Source: Lepidodermella squamata (Eukaryota > Animalia > Gastrotricha). Taken from it: 64,000 bases of DNA. The DNA lies in NCBI GenBank assembly GCA_047495785.1, contig JBLDXI010000025.1:620001-684000 (forward strand), given 5' to 3'. The notes under the pieces are model-generated. The model searched no databases, was not told the DNA's origin, and saw only the letters and a program-made list of their open reading frames with translations. A program made the translations under genes and the position numbers. This document shows positions 63,800 through 64,000 of the stretch, one piece after another (position 1 is the stretch's first letter; each line of letters begins with the position of its first letter).

Positions 63800-64000
63800 C
63801 GCTGTTCGCAATGGTCAAAGACTGTAAGTGAAGATCACTGCTGTCACAACACTTTTTCCGAATTCTCCCTGCTTTGAAACTGTGCAGCGACACAATGACG
63901 ATAATCACCTCGTCTAGCGGTTGGCCTACGGCACTTCATGAGTATGAATTTTTGGAACTAAATCTATAGATTGACGAGTAGAGACCAATAGGTTAAAGGT
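63800..64000 (-). repeat. Duplicate of the 3' flank of GPCR F (38080-38303)
   Basis: Shared CTCCCTGCTTTGAAACTG, TACGGCACTTCATGAGTAT and GTAGAGACCAATAGG. Confidence 0.85.

Overview
Eukaryotic (animal, probably invertebrate) genomic DNA with short GT-AG introns, many of them 50-70 nt. The taxon cannot be fixed from the sequence alone. The window is dominated by a receptor cluster. It holds four intact, closely related GABA-B-like class C GPCR genes, three broken copies and one very divergent copy. Interleaved with these are three atypical Cys-loop ligand-gated channel genes, a divergent nuclear receptor and remnants of a PKD1-like (polycystin) gene. Other genes are a Rab GTPase, a secreted Cys-rich SYGRGVG-repeat protein, a GNAT acetyltransferase and a small secreted PAN/Apple protein. 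Mobile DNA includes a 4 kb foldback element with 1.2 kb TIRs, a nested stack (RTE LINE inside a CACTA/EnSpm element inside a Jockey/I-type LINE), tRNA-derived SINE-like sequences, several MITEs and a 30 bp P-element-like excision footprint. The most interesting hypothesis is a lineage-specific chemosensory locus evolving by birth and death: orphan class C GPCRs and non-cholinergic pLGICs, with a shared TCACGT motif upstream of the GPCR paralogs. Exon junctions were inferred by eye, and no database searches were run.
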